Positions 28,438 through 39,751 of a stretch of 64,000 bases of DNA are shown piece after piece. Every line of letters starts with the position of its first letter. Within the stretch, counting starts at the first letter, position 1. A program made the position numbers and the translations under genes. Source of the DNA: Obrimoposthia wandeli (lineage: Eukaryota). Where the stretch lies: NCBI GenBank assembly GCA_977020255.1, contig CDROCS010006174.1, positions 62,001 to 126,000 of the forward strand. Direction: 5' to 3'. Under the pieces are notes generated by a model. The model was not told the DNA's origin. It saw nothing but the letters and a program-made list of their open reading frames with translations, and ran no database searches.

Positions 28438-29342
28438 TAGTTTTCCTTGTTGGCTTGTTCTTCAAGCTGTAGCATTTTTTTATCTTTATCGAGCCACAAT
28501 TGGTTGACCCATTGTTGAAATTGAATTTTATAGGCACGATCGTTAACGTAATCACCTTTAAGTGAATCGTCAATATCTTGTGTTTCAATGTCAATGTTTA
28601 CACGCTTTACTTTGCCTGATAGAAAATCGAAAAAACTGGGTATGCCATCAGGATAATAAATAGTGACGTTTACCACTTTACTTAAATTGCCCTTCATCGC
28701 TTGTAATACAAAACCAATACCACCAGCCTTCGGCTTTAATAGTCGTTGAAATGGTGAGTTCTGCTTATCATGCTTCTGTTGAGTGTAACGCGTACCTTCA
28801 ATGAAGTTCATCACGCTGACTGGCTTATGTTTAAACTTCTCACAAGCTTTTTTTGTCGTTTCGATATCTTTACCTTTTAACTTAGGGTTTTTTTTCAAAA
28901 AAGCTTGGCTATAGCGTTTCATAAAAGGAAAGTCGAGTGCCCACCAAGCTAACCCTAACAGGGGAACGTAGATTAATTCTTTTTTCAGGAAAAACTTTAA
29001 AAAAGGAATTTGGCCATGTAAAACGCGTTGTAATACCACGATATCAACCCAGCTTTGGTGATTACTTACCACTAAATACCAGTCTTTTATTTTTAATTTT
29101 TCTAAACCGCTAACTTGTATTTTTGTTTTGGTGAATAGCTGTTGGTTGAAGGTATTGAATAACACCCAATTACTTGCCATTTGATCTAATAGATAACTAA
29201 AAAACTTTTGCCAGAGAGCCAAAGGCACTAGAGCTTTTAGTAATGAGAATATTAATATCGGTACTAACCATAGAATGGTATTTACAATATATAATAACAG
29301 TGAGAGACAGCCAATCAGGACGCTAGGTAAAAAATTTAACAT
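28437..29342 (-). CDS. yihG: PlsC-superfamily acyltransferase (YihG-like)
   Basis: NHQSWVDI (HxxxxD), FLKFFLKKEL, FIEGTR, LLKPKAGG; TAATG coupling to the MscS gene. Confidence 0.88.
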   Translation of the reverse strand: MLNFLPSVLIGCLSLLLYIVNTILWLVPILIFSLLKALVPLALWQKFFSYLLDQMASNWVLFNTFNQQLFTKTKIQVSGLEKLKIKDWYLVVSNHQSWVDIVVLQRVLHGQIPFLKFFLKKELIYVPLLGLAWWALDFPFMKRYSQAFLKKNPKLKGKDIETTKKACEKFKHKPVSVMNFIEGTRYTQQKHDKQNSPFQRLLKPKAGGIGFVLQAMKGNLSKVVNVTIYYPDGIPSFFDFLSGKVKRVNIDIETQDIDDSLKGDYVNDRAYKIQFQQWVNQLWLDKDKKMLQLEEQANKEN

Positions 29343-29785
29343 AAAAAAACCAAAATTATATCAACACAAATTCTGCTAACAATATTAATGGGTTTCTGCT
29401 TATTTTTCAGTAAAAATCGTTAAAAAAAATAGCTTTAAAAAATGTCTGTTGAATTTATGTTTATTGGTGGTGATGGCGTTAATTGTCATGAAAGTTATAA
29501 AAGGCTTAGTTTTATAGTCATTTTTTTACAGTCATTGATTGATTATATAGATGTGTTGGTGTATTCAAACGATAAATGACATTGGATAAAAACGCATCAT
29601 TAATTTATTGCTAGGTGCTGTCACCGAACAAATGTAAAAATTAGCATAGTAAAATAATCACTTAGTGATGTTAATGCTATTAAGTGTCAGAAAAGTATAA
29701 GTAGGTCTATATATAGCGCAAAAGATGGTTGCAAAGTAGACACTTTTCGAGGCAAGCTAAACGAATATAAAAGAAGGAAATCGCT

Positions 29786-30886
29786 ATGAAGTTTAATCGT
29801 GTGGTAATAAAAGTAGGCAGCGCCTTAGTTTCACCAGATGCTCAAGGCTGTAGTGGTAAATACATCTTAGCTATCGCCCGTTTTATTACGCAATGCCAAC
29901 AAGCAGGTAAAGAGGTTATTTTAGTGTCATCAGGCAGTGTTGCTGCCGGTAGAGGCTTGATTGCCCATGGTTCTCCCAACCCTTCTATCCCCACTAAGCA
30001 AGCAATGGCAGCTGTTGGGCAAATGAAAATGATGGCCAACTGGCAGCGTTTTTTTGATGTACCTTGCAGTCAATTATTGATAACACACGGTGATTTAAAA
30101 GATCGTCAGCGCTATATTAATATTAAAAACACTTTAAGAATATTGTTAGCCAATGGTGTTATTCCTATCGTTAACGAAAATGACACGGTTGCGACAGATG
30201 AATTGAAAGTAGGCGATAATGATAATTTAGCGGCGTTAGTCGCTTTGGTGAGTGAGGCCGATAGTTTATTTATTCTCAGTGATGTCGATGGTGTTTTCGA
30301 AGAAGATCCACGTTTAAACCCGCAAGCTAAGTTAATTCCAACCATCGCCAAAATTGATCAAACTATTTATGCAATGGCAGGAGCGACCAACAATCACATT
30401 GCCACGGGTGGCATGAAAACAAAGATTCAAGCAGCAGAAAAAGCGACAGAGAATGGCATCGAAACTTATATTTTAAATGGTAGTTCTGGTGACGTTTTTG
30501 AAAAACTATTACGGGGTGAAAATCCAGGGACTCATTTTGTTGCGCAACAAGGAGCCACTCGGGCGCGTAAACATTGGTTAAAGCATACTTTAAAGAGTAC
30601 AGGCAAAGTGTTACTTGATGCAGGCGCTGTCAATGCGTTAACAAAAAAAGGGGCATCACTATTACCCTCGGGCATCATCGAGGTTGATGGTGACTTTACT
30701 GCAGGTGATTGTATTGATATTTATGATGGTAAACACGAGCAACCTATCGCTAAGGGGATCAGTCAATATAGTTGCCATGATCTCACTCGTATTAAAGGCT
30801 GCAAAAGTGATGATATTGCCAATTCGCTTGGTTACTGCCCAAGTAAGGTGGTTATTCATCGTGATGATATGGTTGTATTATCTTAA
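29786..30886 (+). CDS. proB: Glutamate 5-kinase with PUA domain
   Basis: RVVIKVGS, LVSSGSVAAG, NENDTVATDELKVGDNDNLAA, TGGMKTK, SLLPSGI, VIHRDD. Confidence 0.96.
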   Translation: MKFNRVVIKVGSALVSPDAQGCSGKYILAIARFITQCQQAGKEVILVSSGSVAAGRGLIAHGSPNPSIPTKQAMAAVGQMKMMANWQRFFDVPCSQLLITHGDLKDRQRYINIKNTLRILLANGVIPIVNENDTVATDELKVGDNDNLAALVALVSEADSLFILSDVDGVFEEDPRLNPQAKLIPTIAKIDQTIYAMAGATNNHIATGGMKTKIQAAEKATENGIETYILNGSSGDVFEKLLRGENPGTHFVAQQGATRARKHWLKHTLKSTGKVLLDAGAVNALTKKGASLLPSGIIEVDGDFTAGDCIDIYDGKHEQPIAKGISQYSCHDLTRIKGCKSDDIANSLGYCPSKVVIHRDDMVVLS

Positions 30887-31081
30887 ATAACCTGAACTCT
30901 GGATAATGAGTGCTTGATACTCAAGTGGATCAAAAGCTTAGGTGGCAAAGTAAATGCTATAGCAAGGTGAACTATAATATTTTGGAGCGAACAGCGCTGG
31001 CAATTGAAAGTTTCGTCGTCTTAGGTAATGGACAAATTAGACATTAACACTCATATTGGTTTATAAAAAATATAGGTAGAC

Positions 31082-32950
31082 ATGATAATGAAGTTTAGAT
31101 TACTAGTTTTATTGAATTTTATTTACCTATCTTATTCATCTGGCGTACTTAGTCAGACAATGTCGAATGTTGAGCAACAGCTAAAATCATTATCTAGCCC
31201 AGAAAAACTATTATATTTACAGTCAATAAATTCTGATTTCTCTGCTGCTTCGCCTAATGTTTCGATTATTGAGCAAGCAAAATATCAGCATGAACTTGCT
31301 TTGGTTTTGGAAGAAAATGAACAGTTAACCTTGGCTTTAAAGGCCTTTAGCAAATCAGTTGATATATTGTCTCCGGCCAGTACTGACTCTACACGCACCA
31401 TGCTGGTAAAAAGTTTACTTGAGCGCTCTTATATAAATTACCTTATTAACTTTGAAGTAGAATCTTACTGCCCTGATCGCAAATTAGCTGTAGCGGTGGC
31501 AGAAGATATTATTGATGTTGATGTGAAAATCAGAGCATTAGTACAATATGCCTTTTGTTTTAAAGAAAAAAAAATGCAACTGCCAGAAGGTCTTGCTTTA
31601 CTCGATGAGGCTTTAGCTTTAGCACAAAAAAATCAGTTGCCTGCTAACACCTTAGGTATGATCTATAACGCCTCAGGTAGCCTTTACCGAAATCATCAAC
31701 TTTATGATCAAGCCAGTCAATATCTCTCTAATGCTTATGAACAATGGGCAAGTGTCAATGACTATCAAGACATGTTTAATATGTTACATGGCCTAGTTGC
31801 TACTTCTATAGAGCGTTTAGAGCTATTGCAGGCACAACAACACGTTGATGAAATGTTTCAGCTAGCCAAGCAACAACCTACTTTTAAAGACTTTACCTTT
31901 TTTGCTTATTACAATGCAGGTTTATTGGCTAATGCCAATAAACAATGGTTGGAAGCCATCAGCTATTTTGAAAAAGCACAACAGCTGCAAAATAATACGC
32001 AAGAGACATTTTTTATTAAGCAAAGTTATCAGCAGTTAATATTACTTTATTTAAGAAATAATGATGCTGAAAAAATATTGCTCACTTACAAGGAACTCAA
32101 TCACCTATTTCCCGATCATGTTATTAAACCTGCCGATGTACTAGCGGCGATAGCTTATGCAAATGGCGATCATACTGAAACAAGTAAACAGCTTTTATTG
32201 CAGCTAGATCATGAAGTCGCTGAGCGCCGCTTATTTTTAAAGCATACCATGCATGTGAATACCTTATTAAATCGTCAAAACACCAGCGAATTAGACAAAA
32301 AACTATTGAACCAAACGATTGAGATTCAACAGTTGCAGTTAGCAAGCCAACAAGCAGCTCAAAAACGAAGTGTTCAACTTTTAGTGGCTAGTGCAGTTGT
32401 TTTAAGCTTGATGCTGATACTTATTAGGCATTTATCTAGCAATAGGCGTAAATTTCAAAAACTAGCACGTACTGACGTACTAACGGACATTGCTAATCGA
32501 CGCTATATCCTAGAGAAGGGCGATTTATTATTGAAACAAGCGAAAGCTAAATCAGAGCACTTAGCGATATTACTGTTTGATATCGATAATTTTAAGTTAG
32601 TAAACGATTGTCAGGGGCATCATGTGGGGGATCAAGTGATTAAATTTATTGTTGATCAAACACAAAGCTGCTTAATTAAAGATTGTGAATTTGGTCGCTT
32701 GGGTGGTGATGAATTTATTGTCATTGCGAAAGGTTTGTCGATTTCTTCAGCTAGGACGCTCGCAGAAGAAATAAGAGTGAAGGTTGAGCAAAATGCTAAG
32801 GCACTCTTTATTGATTTCTCCGTCAGTATTAGCATTGGAGTCGTAAGCGCTGAAAACTTTGAAAGCTTAGCTTTGGCTGTTGCAGAGGCGGATACTATGC
32901 TTTACGAAGCGAAAGACTCAGGTCGTAACTTAGTTGTTTGTCAAAACTAA
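31082..32950 (+). CDS. TPR-repeat, TM, GGDEF diguanylate cyclase
   Basis: Signal peptide, helical repeats, TM, TDVLTDIANRR, DIDNFKLVND, RLGGDEF, GRN. Confidence 0.9.
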   Translation: MIMKFRLLVLLNFIYLSYSSGVLSQTMSNVEQQLKSLSSPEKLLYLQSINSDFSAASPNVSIIEQAKYQHELALVLEENEQLTLALKAFSKSVDILSPASTDSTRTMLVKSLLERSYINYLINFEVESYCPDRKLAVAVAEDIIDVDVKIRALVQYAFCFKEKKMQLPEGLALLDEALALAQKNQLPANTLGMIYNASGSLYRNHQLYDQASQYLSNAYEQWASVNDYQDMFNMLHGLVATSIERLELLQAQQHVDEMFQLAKQQPTFKDFTFFAYYNAGLLANANKQWLEAISYFEKAQQLQNNTQETFFIKQSYQQLILLYLRNNDAEKILLTYKELNHLFPDHVIKPADVLAAIAYANGDHTETSKQLLLQLDHEVAERRLFLKHTMHVNTLLNRQNTSELDKKLLNQTIEIQQLQLASQQAAQKRSVQLLVASAVVLSLMLILIRHLSSNRRKFQKLARTDVLTDIANRRYILEKGDLLLKQAKAKSEHLAILLFDIDNFKLVNDCQGHHVGDQVIKFIVDQTQSCLIKDCEFGRLGGDEFIVIAKGLSISSARTLAEEIRVKVEQNAKALFIDFSVSISIGVVSAENFESLALAVAEADTMLYEAKDSGRNLVVCQN

Positions 32951-33070
32951 TCATTTTTGCGAATAAAATAGAATAGCAGGCAGAATAATAAAAAGACCCC
33001 CGTACATTGAATGCTTAAGAGTCTTGCTGACTAGGTTTTCTGGCTGATTTTCAGACTTACTTTGCTGTAT

Positions 33071-33388
33071 TTACTGAGTGATATATGAACAGCAGTAGTC
33101 AGCCAAGGTAATAACTTTAATTTTAAAGGATGAATTAGCAGGAACCTCAAATGCTTGATTGGCTGTGAATGTTTGCCAAGTGTCACTATTAGGTAATAAT
33201 ACACTGACATTACCTTGTTGAATTTCCATTAATTCTTCTTCAACGGTTGAAAAAGTGTATTCTCCGGGCATCATAATACCCAAGGTTTTCACTGAGGCAT
33301 CGGAAAAAGTCACCTTTCTGCTCGTTACTTGGCCATCGAAATAAACATTGGCTACTGCTGAAATCGTAACATTGTTGAATTCTTTCAC
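33071..33388 (-). CDS. ppnP: Pyrimidine/purine nucleoside phosphorylase (DUF1255)
   Basis: ANVYFDGQVTSR, KTLGIMMPGEYTFST, YCCSY; GTG start with TAAGGA RBS. Confidence 0.9.
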   Translation of the reverse strand: MKEFNNVTISAVANVYFDGQVTSRKVTFSDASVKTLGIMMPGEYTFSTVEEELMEIQQGNVSVLLPNSDTWQTFTANQAFEVPANSSFKIKVITLADYCCSYITQ

Positions 33389-33509
33389 TAAATTTCCTTA
33401 CTTTATGTTTAGCTATATTGAATGTAAACCACCATAAAAGCGATATTGGCTCAAAATGCCGATACCGCTGCTTGGTGGTGACTAATCATTTTTGATTAAC
33501 GATTAACGA

Positions 33510-34994
33510 TTAACCGTTGGCTTCAACAATACGTTTCATATCGGTCATGTAACCGCGTAGTTTTTTACCCACAATTTCTACTTGATGACTACGAATGGCT
33601 TCATTCACCGCGATTAAACGCACATTATCAACACCGTTATCAGTTGATGACAGACCTTCACCTAATTGCTCTAAGGTCAGGTTGTTAGCGTACTCTGTAA
33701 GTAACGGCACTGCAGCATGAGTGAATAAATAATTACCGTATTCAGCTGTGTCAGAGATTACCACGTTCATTTCATACAATTTATTACGAGCAATACAGTT
33801 AGCAATTAACGGTGTTTCATGTAGTGACTCATAATAAGCTGACTCTTCAATGATGCCTGCAGCAACCATAGATTCAAAAGCAAGCTCAACACCGGCTTTG
33901 ATCATGGCTACGATAAATATACCTTTATCGTAATACTCCTGCTCGCTAATGTCTGTTGGGCAATCTGCGGCTAATTCAAATGATGTTTCTGCCGTTTCTG
34001 CACGCCATTTAAGTAGGTTTTCGTCGTCATTAGCCCAATCGGCCATCATAGTTGAAGAAAAATGGCCTTCAATGATGTCGTCCATATGCTTTTCAAATAA
34101 CGGGCGTAAAATGACTTTTAACTCTTCGGCCATATCAAACGCTTTTACTTTTGCTGGGTTTGAAAGTCGATCCATCATGTTGGTAATGCCACCATGCTTT
34201 AAGCCTTCGGTGGTGGTTTCAATGCCGTATTGCAATAACTTACGTGCATATGCTGCATCCATACCTTGTGCAATTAGCTGCTTGTGGCCTAACACTGCGG
34301 CTGTTTGTAGCATGCCACAAAGAATGGTTTGCTCGCCCATCAAATCAGACTTCACTTCAGCAATAAAAGATGACTCTAATACGCCGGCGCGATCGCCGCC
34401 GGTAGCTGAAGCATAAGCTTTAGCGATGGCTAACCCATTACCTTGTGGGTCGTTTTCAGGATGTACAGCAATCAGTGTTGGCACGCCAAAGCCACGTTTG
34501 TATTCTTCACGTACTTCCGTACCAGGACACTTAGGAGCGACCATAACAACAGTAATATCAGGGCGAATTTGCATGCCTTCTTCCACAATATTAAAGCCAT
34601 GCGAATAAGATAAGGTTGCGCCTTTTTTCATTAATGGCATAACCGCAGTAACCGCAGAAGTATGCTGTTTGTCTGGCGTTAGGTTTAACACTAAATCAGC
34701 GTGCGGAATTAATTCTTGGTAATTGCCAACAGTAAAACCATTTTCTGTGGCCCATTGATAAGATTGGCGTTTTTCTGCAATGGCAGCATCACGTAAAGCA
34801 TAGGAGATATTCAAACCAGAATCGCGCATATTTAAGCCTTGATTTAGGCCTTGTGCGCCACAACCGACAATAACGATATTCCAATCTTTAATGAAATTAC
34901 AACCATCACTAAACTCTTCGCGTTGCATAAAGCGACATTTGCCTAATTGCGCTAATTTTTCACGCAAACTTAAAGTATTGAAATAGTTACCCAT
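33510..34994 (-). CDS. ilvC: Ketol-acid reductoisomerase (long form)
   Basis: [47 protein letters not shown]; ATG 34994 has an AGGAG RBS. Confidence 0.98.
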   Translation of the reverse strand: MGNYFNTLSLREKLAQLGKCRFMQREEFSDGCNFIKDWNIVIVGCGAQGLNQGLNMRDSGLNISYALRDAAIAEKRQSYQWATENGFTVGNYQELIPHADLVLNLTPDKQHTSAVTAVMPLMKKGATLSYSHGFNIVEEGMQIRPDITVVMVAPKCPGTEVREEYKRGFGVPTLIAVHPENDPQGNGLAIAKAYASATGGDRAGVLESSFIAEVKSDLMGEQTILCGMLQTAAVLGHKQLIAQGMDAAYARKLLQYGIETTTEGLKHGGITNMMDRLSNPAKVKAFDMAEELKVILRPLFEKHMDDIIEGHFSSTMMADWANDDENLLKWRAETAETSFELAADCPTDISEQEYYDKGIFIVAMIKAGVELAFESMVAAGIIEESAYYESLHETPLIANCIARNKLYEMNVVISDTAEYGNYLFTHAAVPLLTEYANNLTLEQLGEGLSSTDNGVDNVRLIAVNEAIRSHQVEIVGKKLRGYMTDMKRIVEANG

Positions 34995-35114
34995 CTTGCT
35001 CTCCTGTACTTGGCTAGTGGCCAAGAAAATATAATGATTTGGTCAGATTGTTGACCGTGAAAACATCATAGCTAAAAACATACGTTGCTTAAAATGATAT
35101 ATATGCATTGTGGT

Positions 35115-35131
35115 GTTGCATTATTTGCAAT
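35115..35131. promoter_or_regulatory. Putative IlvY operator
   Basis: GTTGCA-TTATT-TGCAAT inverted repeat (TTGCA-N5-TGCAA) in the divergent ilvC/ilvY spacer. Confidence 0.55.
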
Positions 35132-35166
35132 ACTATTTCACTTGTTACTCAATTGCAGGAGCTGGT

Positions 35167-36042
35167 GTGGAATTAAAATCTTTGCGTATGTTTGTCGATT
35201 TAGCTAAATCATTGCACTTTGGTAAAACTGCTGAACTACACCATGTCAGTCCTTCAACGCTGAGCCGTATTATTCAGCGCCTAGAGCTTGAAGTTGGTGA
35301 TTCGTTATTGCACCGAGACAATAGAACTGTGGTGTTAAGTGAGGCGGGTAAGCAATTTTATCAGTTTGCTCAGCAGCAGCTAGAACAGTGGCAATTACTG
35401 AAGCTTTCATTGAGCCAAAAGCAAGCTGACCTTCAAGGTAAGCTACATATTTTTTGTTCTGTGACGGCAGCTTATAGTCATTTACCGCCATTGCTAGAGC
35501 GCTTTCGTCAGCAACATCCGATGGTCGAAATTATGTTAACGACCGGCGATGCGGCGGATGCGTTAGAGCAAGTTGAAAAGCAAGCGGTTGATTTTGCTAT
35601 TGCCGCCAGACCAGAGCAATTGTCGAGGATCTTTACTTTTCACCATCTCGCTGAGATCCCGTTAGCTGTTATCGCGCCGACCATGGTTTGTCGAGTTCAG
35701 CAACAAATCCAGCAAGATTTTCTTTGGTCTGATGTGCCGATCATTTTGCCGGAGCATGGCCCGGCCAGAAAACGTTTCGAGTATTGGTATCGCAAAAAGC
35801 AACAAGGTAAAGCCAATATCTACGCAACGGTTTCAGGTCACGAGGCACTGGTTAGCATGGTGGCTTTAGGGTGTGGTGTTGGTATTGTACCGCGAGTCGT
35901 TGTTGAAAACAGTCCAGTGAAAGAGCGTGTGCAATATCTAGAAAACGCTGGTGAAATAGCGCCGTTTGATCTCGGTGTTTGCTGCTTGAACCAGCGAAAA
36001 GAGCAGCCCTTAATTCAAGCTTTTTTTGACGCGATTAAATAA
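35167..36042 (+). CDS. ilvY: LysR-type activator IlvY
   Basis: LHFGKTA..HVSPSTLSR, IFCSVTAAYSHLP, YATVSGHEALVSMVALGCG; divergent from ilvC; GTG 35167 with CAGGA RBS. Confidence 0.95.
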   Translation: MELKSLRMFVDLAKSLHFGKTAELHHVSPSTLSRIIQRLELEVGDSLLHRDNRTVVLSEAGKQFYQFAQQQLEQWQLLKLSLSQKQADLQGKLHIFCSVTAAYSHLPPLLERFRQQHPMVEIMLTTGDAADALEQVEKQAVDFAIAARPEQLSRIFTFHHLAEIPLAVIAPTMVCRVQQQIQQDFLWSDVPIILPEHGPARKRFEYWYRKKQQGKANIYATVSGHEALVSMVALGCGVGIVPRVVVENSPVKERVQYLENAGEIAPFDLGVCCLNQRKEQPLIQAFFDAIK

Positions 36043-36060
36043 CTTAATCGAATGGAGGGA

Positions 36061-37578
36061 TTATATAGCGTCGGTCAAATGACGTAGAATTCTATCCATC
36101 GCTCGGTAAGACAGTGCCTCGATTAAGTGCTTACGTTCGATATGCTCAACCGCTTCCATGTCAGCCAGTGTTCTAGCTATTTTGAGTATTTTATGATGTG
36201 CTCTGGTCGACAAATTGAGCTTTTCAATGGCGAGTTCTAAAAACTCATTATCATCAGCTGAAAGTTGACAGTAGCTTCTAACTTCAGCGCTGCCAAGCTG
36301 CGCATTCGCTTTCCCTTGGCGCGCTATTTGTTTTTGGTGACAAATGCTTACCCGCTTTTGAATGGTACGGCTCGATTCTCCGTTGCCTGTGTCATTAGCC
36401 CACATACCCCTTGGCAATCGTGTCACTTCAATTTGAATATCAATTCGATCAAGAAAAGGTCCAGAAAGACGATTCAGATAACGTAAAACTTGCTCTGGCG
36501 TACTGCGTTTGTCATTGTAAAATCCTGTGGGACTTGGGTTCATGGCGGCGACAAGTTGAAATTGTGCAGGGAAAGTTTGTTTGAGCAGAGCACGCGAAAT
36601 TGTCACCTCACCAGACTCCATGGGTTCACGTAGTACGTCGAGCACTTTGCGTTCAAACTCAGGTAATTCATCAAGAAAAAGTACGCCGTTATGAGCCAAT
36701 GAAATTTCACCGGGTTGCGGGTGACTACCACCACCAACCAAAGCTGCTGACGAGGCAGTATGGTGCGGAGCACGAAAAGGTCTGGTTAGCCATGATTCAG
36801 GGTTGATATCTTTATGACAAATAGACTGAATGGCAGCGCTTGATAACGCCTCTTGCTCGGTCATGGGCGGTAAAATACCGGGTAGCCGACTAGCTAGCAT
36901 GGTTTTCCCCGTGCCTGGCGGGCCAATAAATAGAAGATTATGACCACCGCTAGCGGCAATTTCTAATGCTCTTTTCGCTAACGGTTGACCAACAACGTCA
37001 GCAATATCATGCTCACTTTTTGTTTCGTATTCTTGTAAGGTTTTGGTGGCAATAAGCGGTAAACTTTTTTGTCTTAAAAAATGCGGAAATAATTGGCTCA
37101 AGTGAGACAAGCTCAATATTTTTACCTGCGGTACCCAGCTTGCCTGCTCGGCGTTGTCATTCGGGATAATCAATGTACGGCCGCTTTGTTGGCACGCCAT
37201 CGCCATGGGGATTTCGCCAATAATTGCTCGTAGCTCGCCAGATAAAGCAAGTTCTCCAGCAAATTCATATTGGCTTAAATCTGTTTCGGGTAATTGTGCC
37301 GCGGCGACAAGAATACCGATAGCAATGGGCAAGTCGAAGCGGCCACCTTCTTTGGGTAAATCTGCGGGTGCTAAATTCACGGTAATACGTTTGGCAGGAA
37401 ATTCGTAACCGCAATTGATAATCGCGCTACGCACACGATCTTTTGCTTCTCGAACCGACGTTTCAGGTAAGCCAACAATATTAAATGCAGGTAAGCCGTT
37501 GGCTAAATGCACTTCTACTGTCACTAACGGCGATTCGAGCCCGACACGAGCTCGGCTGAAAACACAGGCTAAGGCCAT
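36061..37578 (-). CDS. comM: ComM/YifB Mg-chelatase-like AAA+ ATPase
   Basis: IVGLPETSVREAKDRVRSA, NLAPADLPKEGGRFDL, GPPGTGKT, RAPHHTAS, LFLDELPEF. Confidence 0.95.
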   Translation of the reverse strand: MALACVFSRARVGLESPLVTVEVHLANGLPAFNIVGLPETSVREAKDRVRSAIINCGYEFPAKRITVNLAPADLPKEGGRFDLPIAIGILVAAAQLPETDLSQYEFAGELALSGELRAIIGEIPMAMACQQSGRTLIIPNDNAEQASWVPQVKILSLSHLSQLFPHFLRQKSLPLIATKTLQEYETKSEHDIADVVGQPLAKRALEIAASGGHNLLFIGPPGTGKTMLASRLPGILPPMTEQEALSSAAIQSICHKDINPESWLTRPFRAPHHTASSAALVGGGSHPQPGEISLAHNGVLFLDELPEFERKVLDVLREPMESGEVTISRALLKQTFPAQFQLVAAMNPSPTGFYNDKRSTPEQVLRYLNRLSGPFLDRIDIQIEVTRLPRGMWANDTGNGESSRTIQKRVSICHQKQIARQGKANAQLGSAEVRSYCQLSADDNEFLELAIEKLNLSTRAHHKILKIARTLADMEAVEHIERKHLIEALSYRAMDRILRHLTDAI

Positions 37579-37805
37579 AAAAATCCATTTTTATTCTCAT
37601 TAAGACTGTGTTTAGTGTAGTTACTGAATAACTTTTGCGCGAAAAATAAGCCAACAAAATTGTCAGTAATAACAAAGACTGCAATGCAAATAAAAAAAAG
37701 ACTAGTAAAAACACTTGCGCTTGATATTAGAGCTATGGTACTAATTTAAATAGGCTGGAAACAGCAGAACTTAAATTTATAAACTTACAGAAAATACTAT
37801 TAAAC

Positions 37806-37874
37806 ATGCAAAATTATAGCTTAGTGATTATTGAAATTCTCGTCGTGGTGATTATTAAATCGTCGCGGGGGTAA
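37806..37874 (+). CDS. ilvL: ilv operon leader peptide (22 aa; below the ORF-track cutoff)
   Basis: MQNYSLVIIEILVVVIIKSSRG*: 11 Ile/Val/Leu codons, immediately upstream of the attenuator hairpin. Confidence 0.9.
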   Translation: MQNYSLVIIEILVVVIIKSSRG

Positions 37875-37950
37875 TTGTTGAGCTAAAGAAAATTAAAAAA
37901 TCTTAAAATAACAAACCCCCCGCTCCGAAAGGACCGGGGGGTTTGTCGTT
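37862..37950 (+). promoter_or_regulatory. ilv transcription attenuator (antiterminator and terminator)
   Basis: Terminator ACAAACCCCCCGCTCC-GAAA-GGACCGGGGGGTTTGT at 37911-37946, very close to the E. coli ilv attenuator; GCGGGGGT in the leader can pair with ACCCCCCGC as antiterminator. Confidence 0.9.
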
Positions 37951-38086
37951 ATATAAACTATTTAAATAGCGCCATGCGCATTATCTATCTTTGGGAGAAT
38001 ACTGACTAAATTACAAAAACAGTTAACCATTCTGGCAAAAGTGAATGGTTAATGAATAAACTGTAATTTGAAAGTAAAATTAAAAC

Positions 38087-39751
38087 ATGACAACTGATAA
38101 AAAATTAACCGGCGGCGGCTTATTATTTAACGTGCTAGAGCAGCATGGCGTTGAACATGTTTTTGGCTACCCAGGTGGGGCAATAATGCCAATCTACGAT
38201 GCGTTATACGATAGTGATGTTGAACACTTTTTATGTCGGCATGAACAAGGCGCTGCTTTCTCGGCTGTTGGCTATGCTAGAGCATCGGGTAAAGTGGGGG
38301 TTTGTTTAGCCACATCAGGACCTGGTGCAACTAATTTGATCACCGGCCTTGCTGATGCCTTAGCCGATTCTATTCCTGTTGTTGCGATAACAGGACAGGT
38401 AGCAACTGCGTCGATGGGCTCTGATGCTTTCCAAGAAATAGATATTTTTGGTTTATCGCTGGCGTGTACTAAACACTCCTTTCAAGTGACTGACATTAAT
38501 GATTTAGCTCAAGTCTTACATCAAGCCTTTGCCATTGCACTTGAAGGTAGGCAAGGGCCAGTACTAGTTGATATTCCTAAAGATATTCAACTAGCAGAAG
38601 TCAACGGTTGCTTAGATGATTTAGTTAATCTAGAGAATAAAGTGAAGTTACCACCGGCTAATGTTGGCAGTGCTATCGCATTATTGAATCAAGCAAAACA
38701 GCCGATTTTATATGTTGGTGGTGGCGTTGGTATGGCTAATGCTATTGATGAATTAAGAGCTTTCGCTGAAATCACAGGTGTACCGAGTGTTTCTACCCTT
38801 AAAGGTTTAGGCGCTGTAAACCCCGAAGATGAAAACTATTTAGGCATGCTGGGTATGCACGGTACTAAAGCAGCAAACTTAGCGGTACAAGAGTGTGATT
38901 TATTAATTGCGGTCGGTGCGCGTTTTGATGATCGAGTGACGGGTAAATTAAATGAATTTGCTCCACACGCAAAAGTCATTCACTTTGATATTGATACCGC
39001 TGAAATAAATAAACGCCGCATTGCTGATGCGGCAATATTAGGTGACTTAAAGGTTAACTTGCCGGCTTTAGCTATCCCATTATCTATCGGGCCGTGGCAA
39101 GAAAAATGCCAGAGCATGAAAACCGATTTTGGCTGGGATTATAACCACCCAGGCGAGACAATTTTTGCCCCCGCAGTATTAAAAGAAATTAGCGATAATA
39201 TGCCCAAAAACACCTGTGTAACTACCGATGTGGGTCAGCATCAAATGTGGGCGGCACAGCATATGTTATTTGATGACCCAAGCAACTTTTTAACCAGTGG
39301 AGGTATGGGGACTATGGGCTTTGGTGTGCCAGCGGCTGTTGGCGCACAAGTGAGTCGCCCAACCGATTGTGTTATTGCGGTGTCGGGTGATGGTTCATTT
39401 ATGATGAATGTACAAGAGCTTTCAACGATTAAGCGCTTTCAATTACCGGTAAAAATAGTGCTTATTGATAACGCTAAACTTGGCATGGTGCGTCAATGGC
39501 AAGACTTATTTTTTAATGGTCGTTTAAGTGAGACTGACTTGGCTGATAATCCTGATTTTGTCATGTTAGCCAATGCCTTTGATATTAAAGCAAAATTAAT
39601 TACCAGTAAGTCAGAAGTTAGTGGTGCCATTGAGGAAATGCTTGAGCATGACGGACCTTACCTACTACAAGTTAAAATTGATGCCCAAGACAATGTGTGG
39701 CCACTAGTGCCACCGAATACCGCGAACGATAAAATGATGGAGAGCACTTAA
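38087..39751 (+). CDS. ilvG: Acetolactate synthase II large subunit
   Basis: [60 protein letters not shown]. Confidence 0.97.
   Translation: MTTDKKLTGGGLLFNVLEQHGVEHVFGYPGGAIMPIYDALYDSDVEHFLCRHEQGAAFSAVGYARASGKVGVCLATSGPGATNLITGLADALADSIPVVAITGQVATASMGSDAFQEIDIFGLSLACTKHSFQVTDINDLAQVLHQAFAIALEGRQGPVLVDIPKDIQLAEVNGCLDDLVNLENKVKLPPANVGSAIALLNQAKQPILYVGGGVGMANAIDELRAFAEITGVPSVSTLKGLGAVNPEDENYLGMLGMHGTKAANLAVQECDLLIAVGARFDDRVTGKLNEFAPHAKVIHFDIDTAEINKRRIADAAILGDLKVNLPALAIPLSIGPWQEKCQSMKTDFGWDYNHPGETIFAPAVLKEISDNMPKNTCVTTDVGQHQMWAAQHMLFDDPSNFLTSGGMGTMGFGVPAAVGAQVSRPTDCVIAVSGDGSFMMNVQELSTIKRFQLPVKIVLIDNAKLGMVRQWQDLFFNGRLSETDLADNPDFVMLANAFDIKAKLITSKSEVSGAIEEMLEHDGPYLLQVKIDAQDNVWPLVPPNTANDKMMEST

Noticed and set aside
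29442-29579. 45-aa ORF upstream of proB, considered as a leader peptide
   Set aside because: No RBS, no Pro/Glu codon run, and no attenuator hairpin.
33428-33479. Long hairpin downstream of ilvC
   Set aside because: Its position fits a 3' stabilising or terminating structure.
33949-34416. 155-aa + strand ORF antisense to ilvC
   Set aside because: It is Ser/Ile-rich mirror translation of a highly expressed gene with no independent support.
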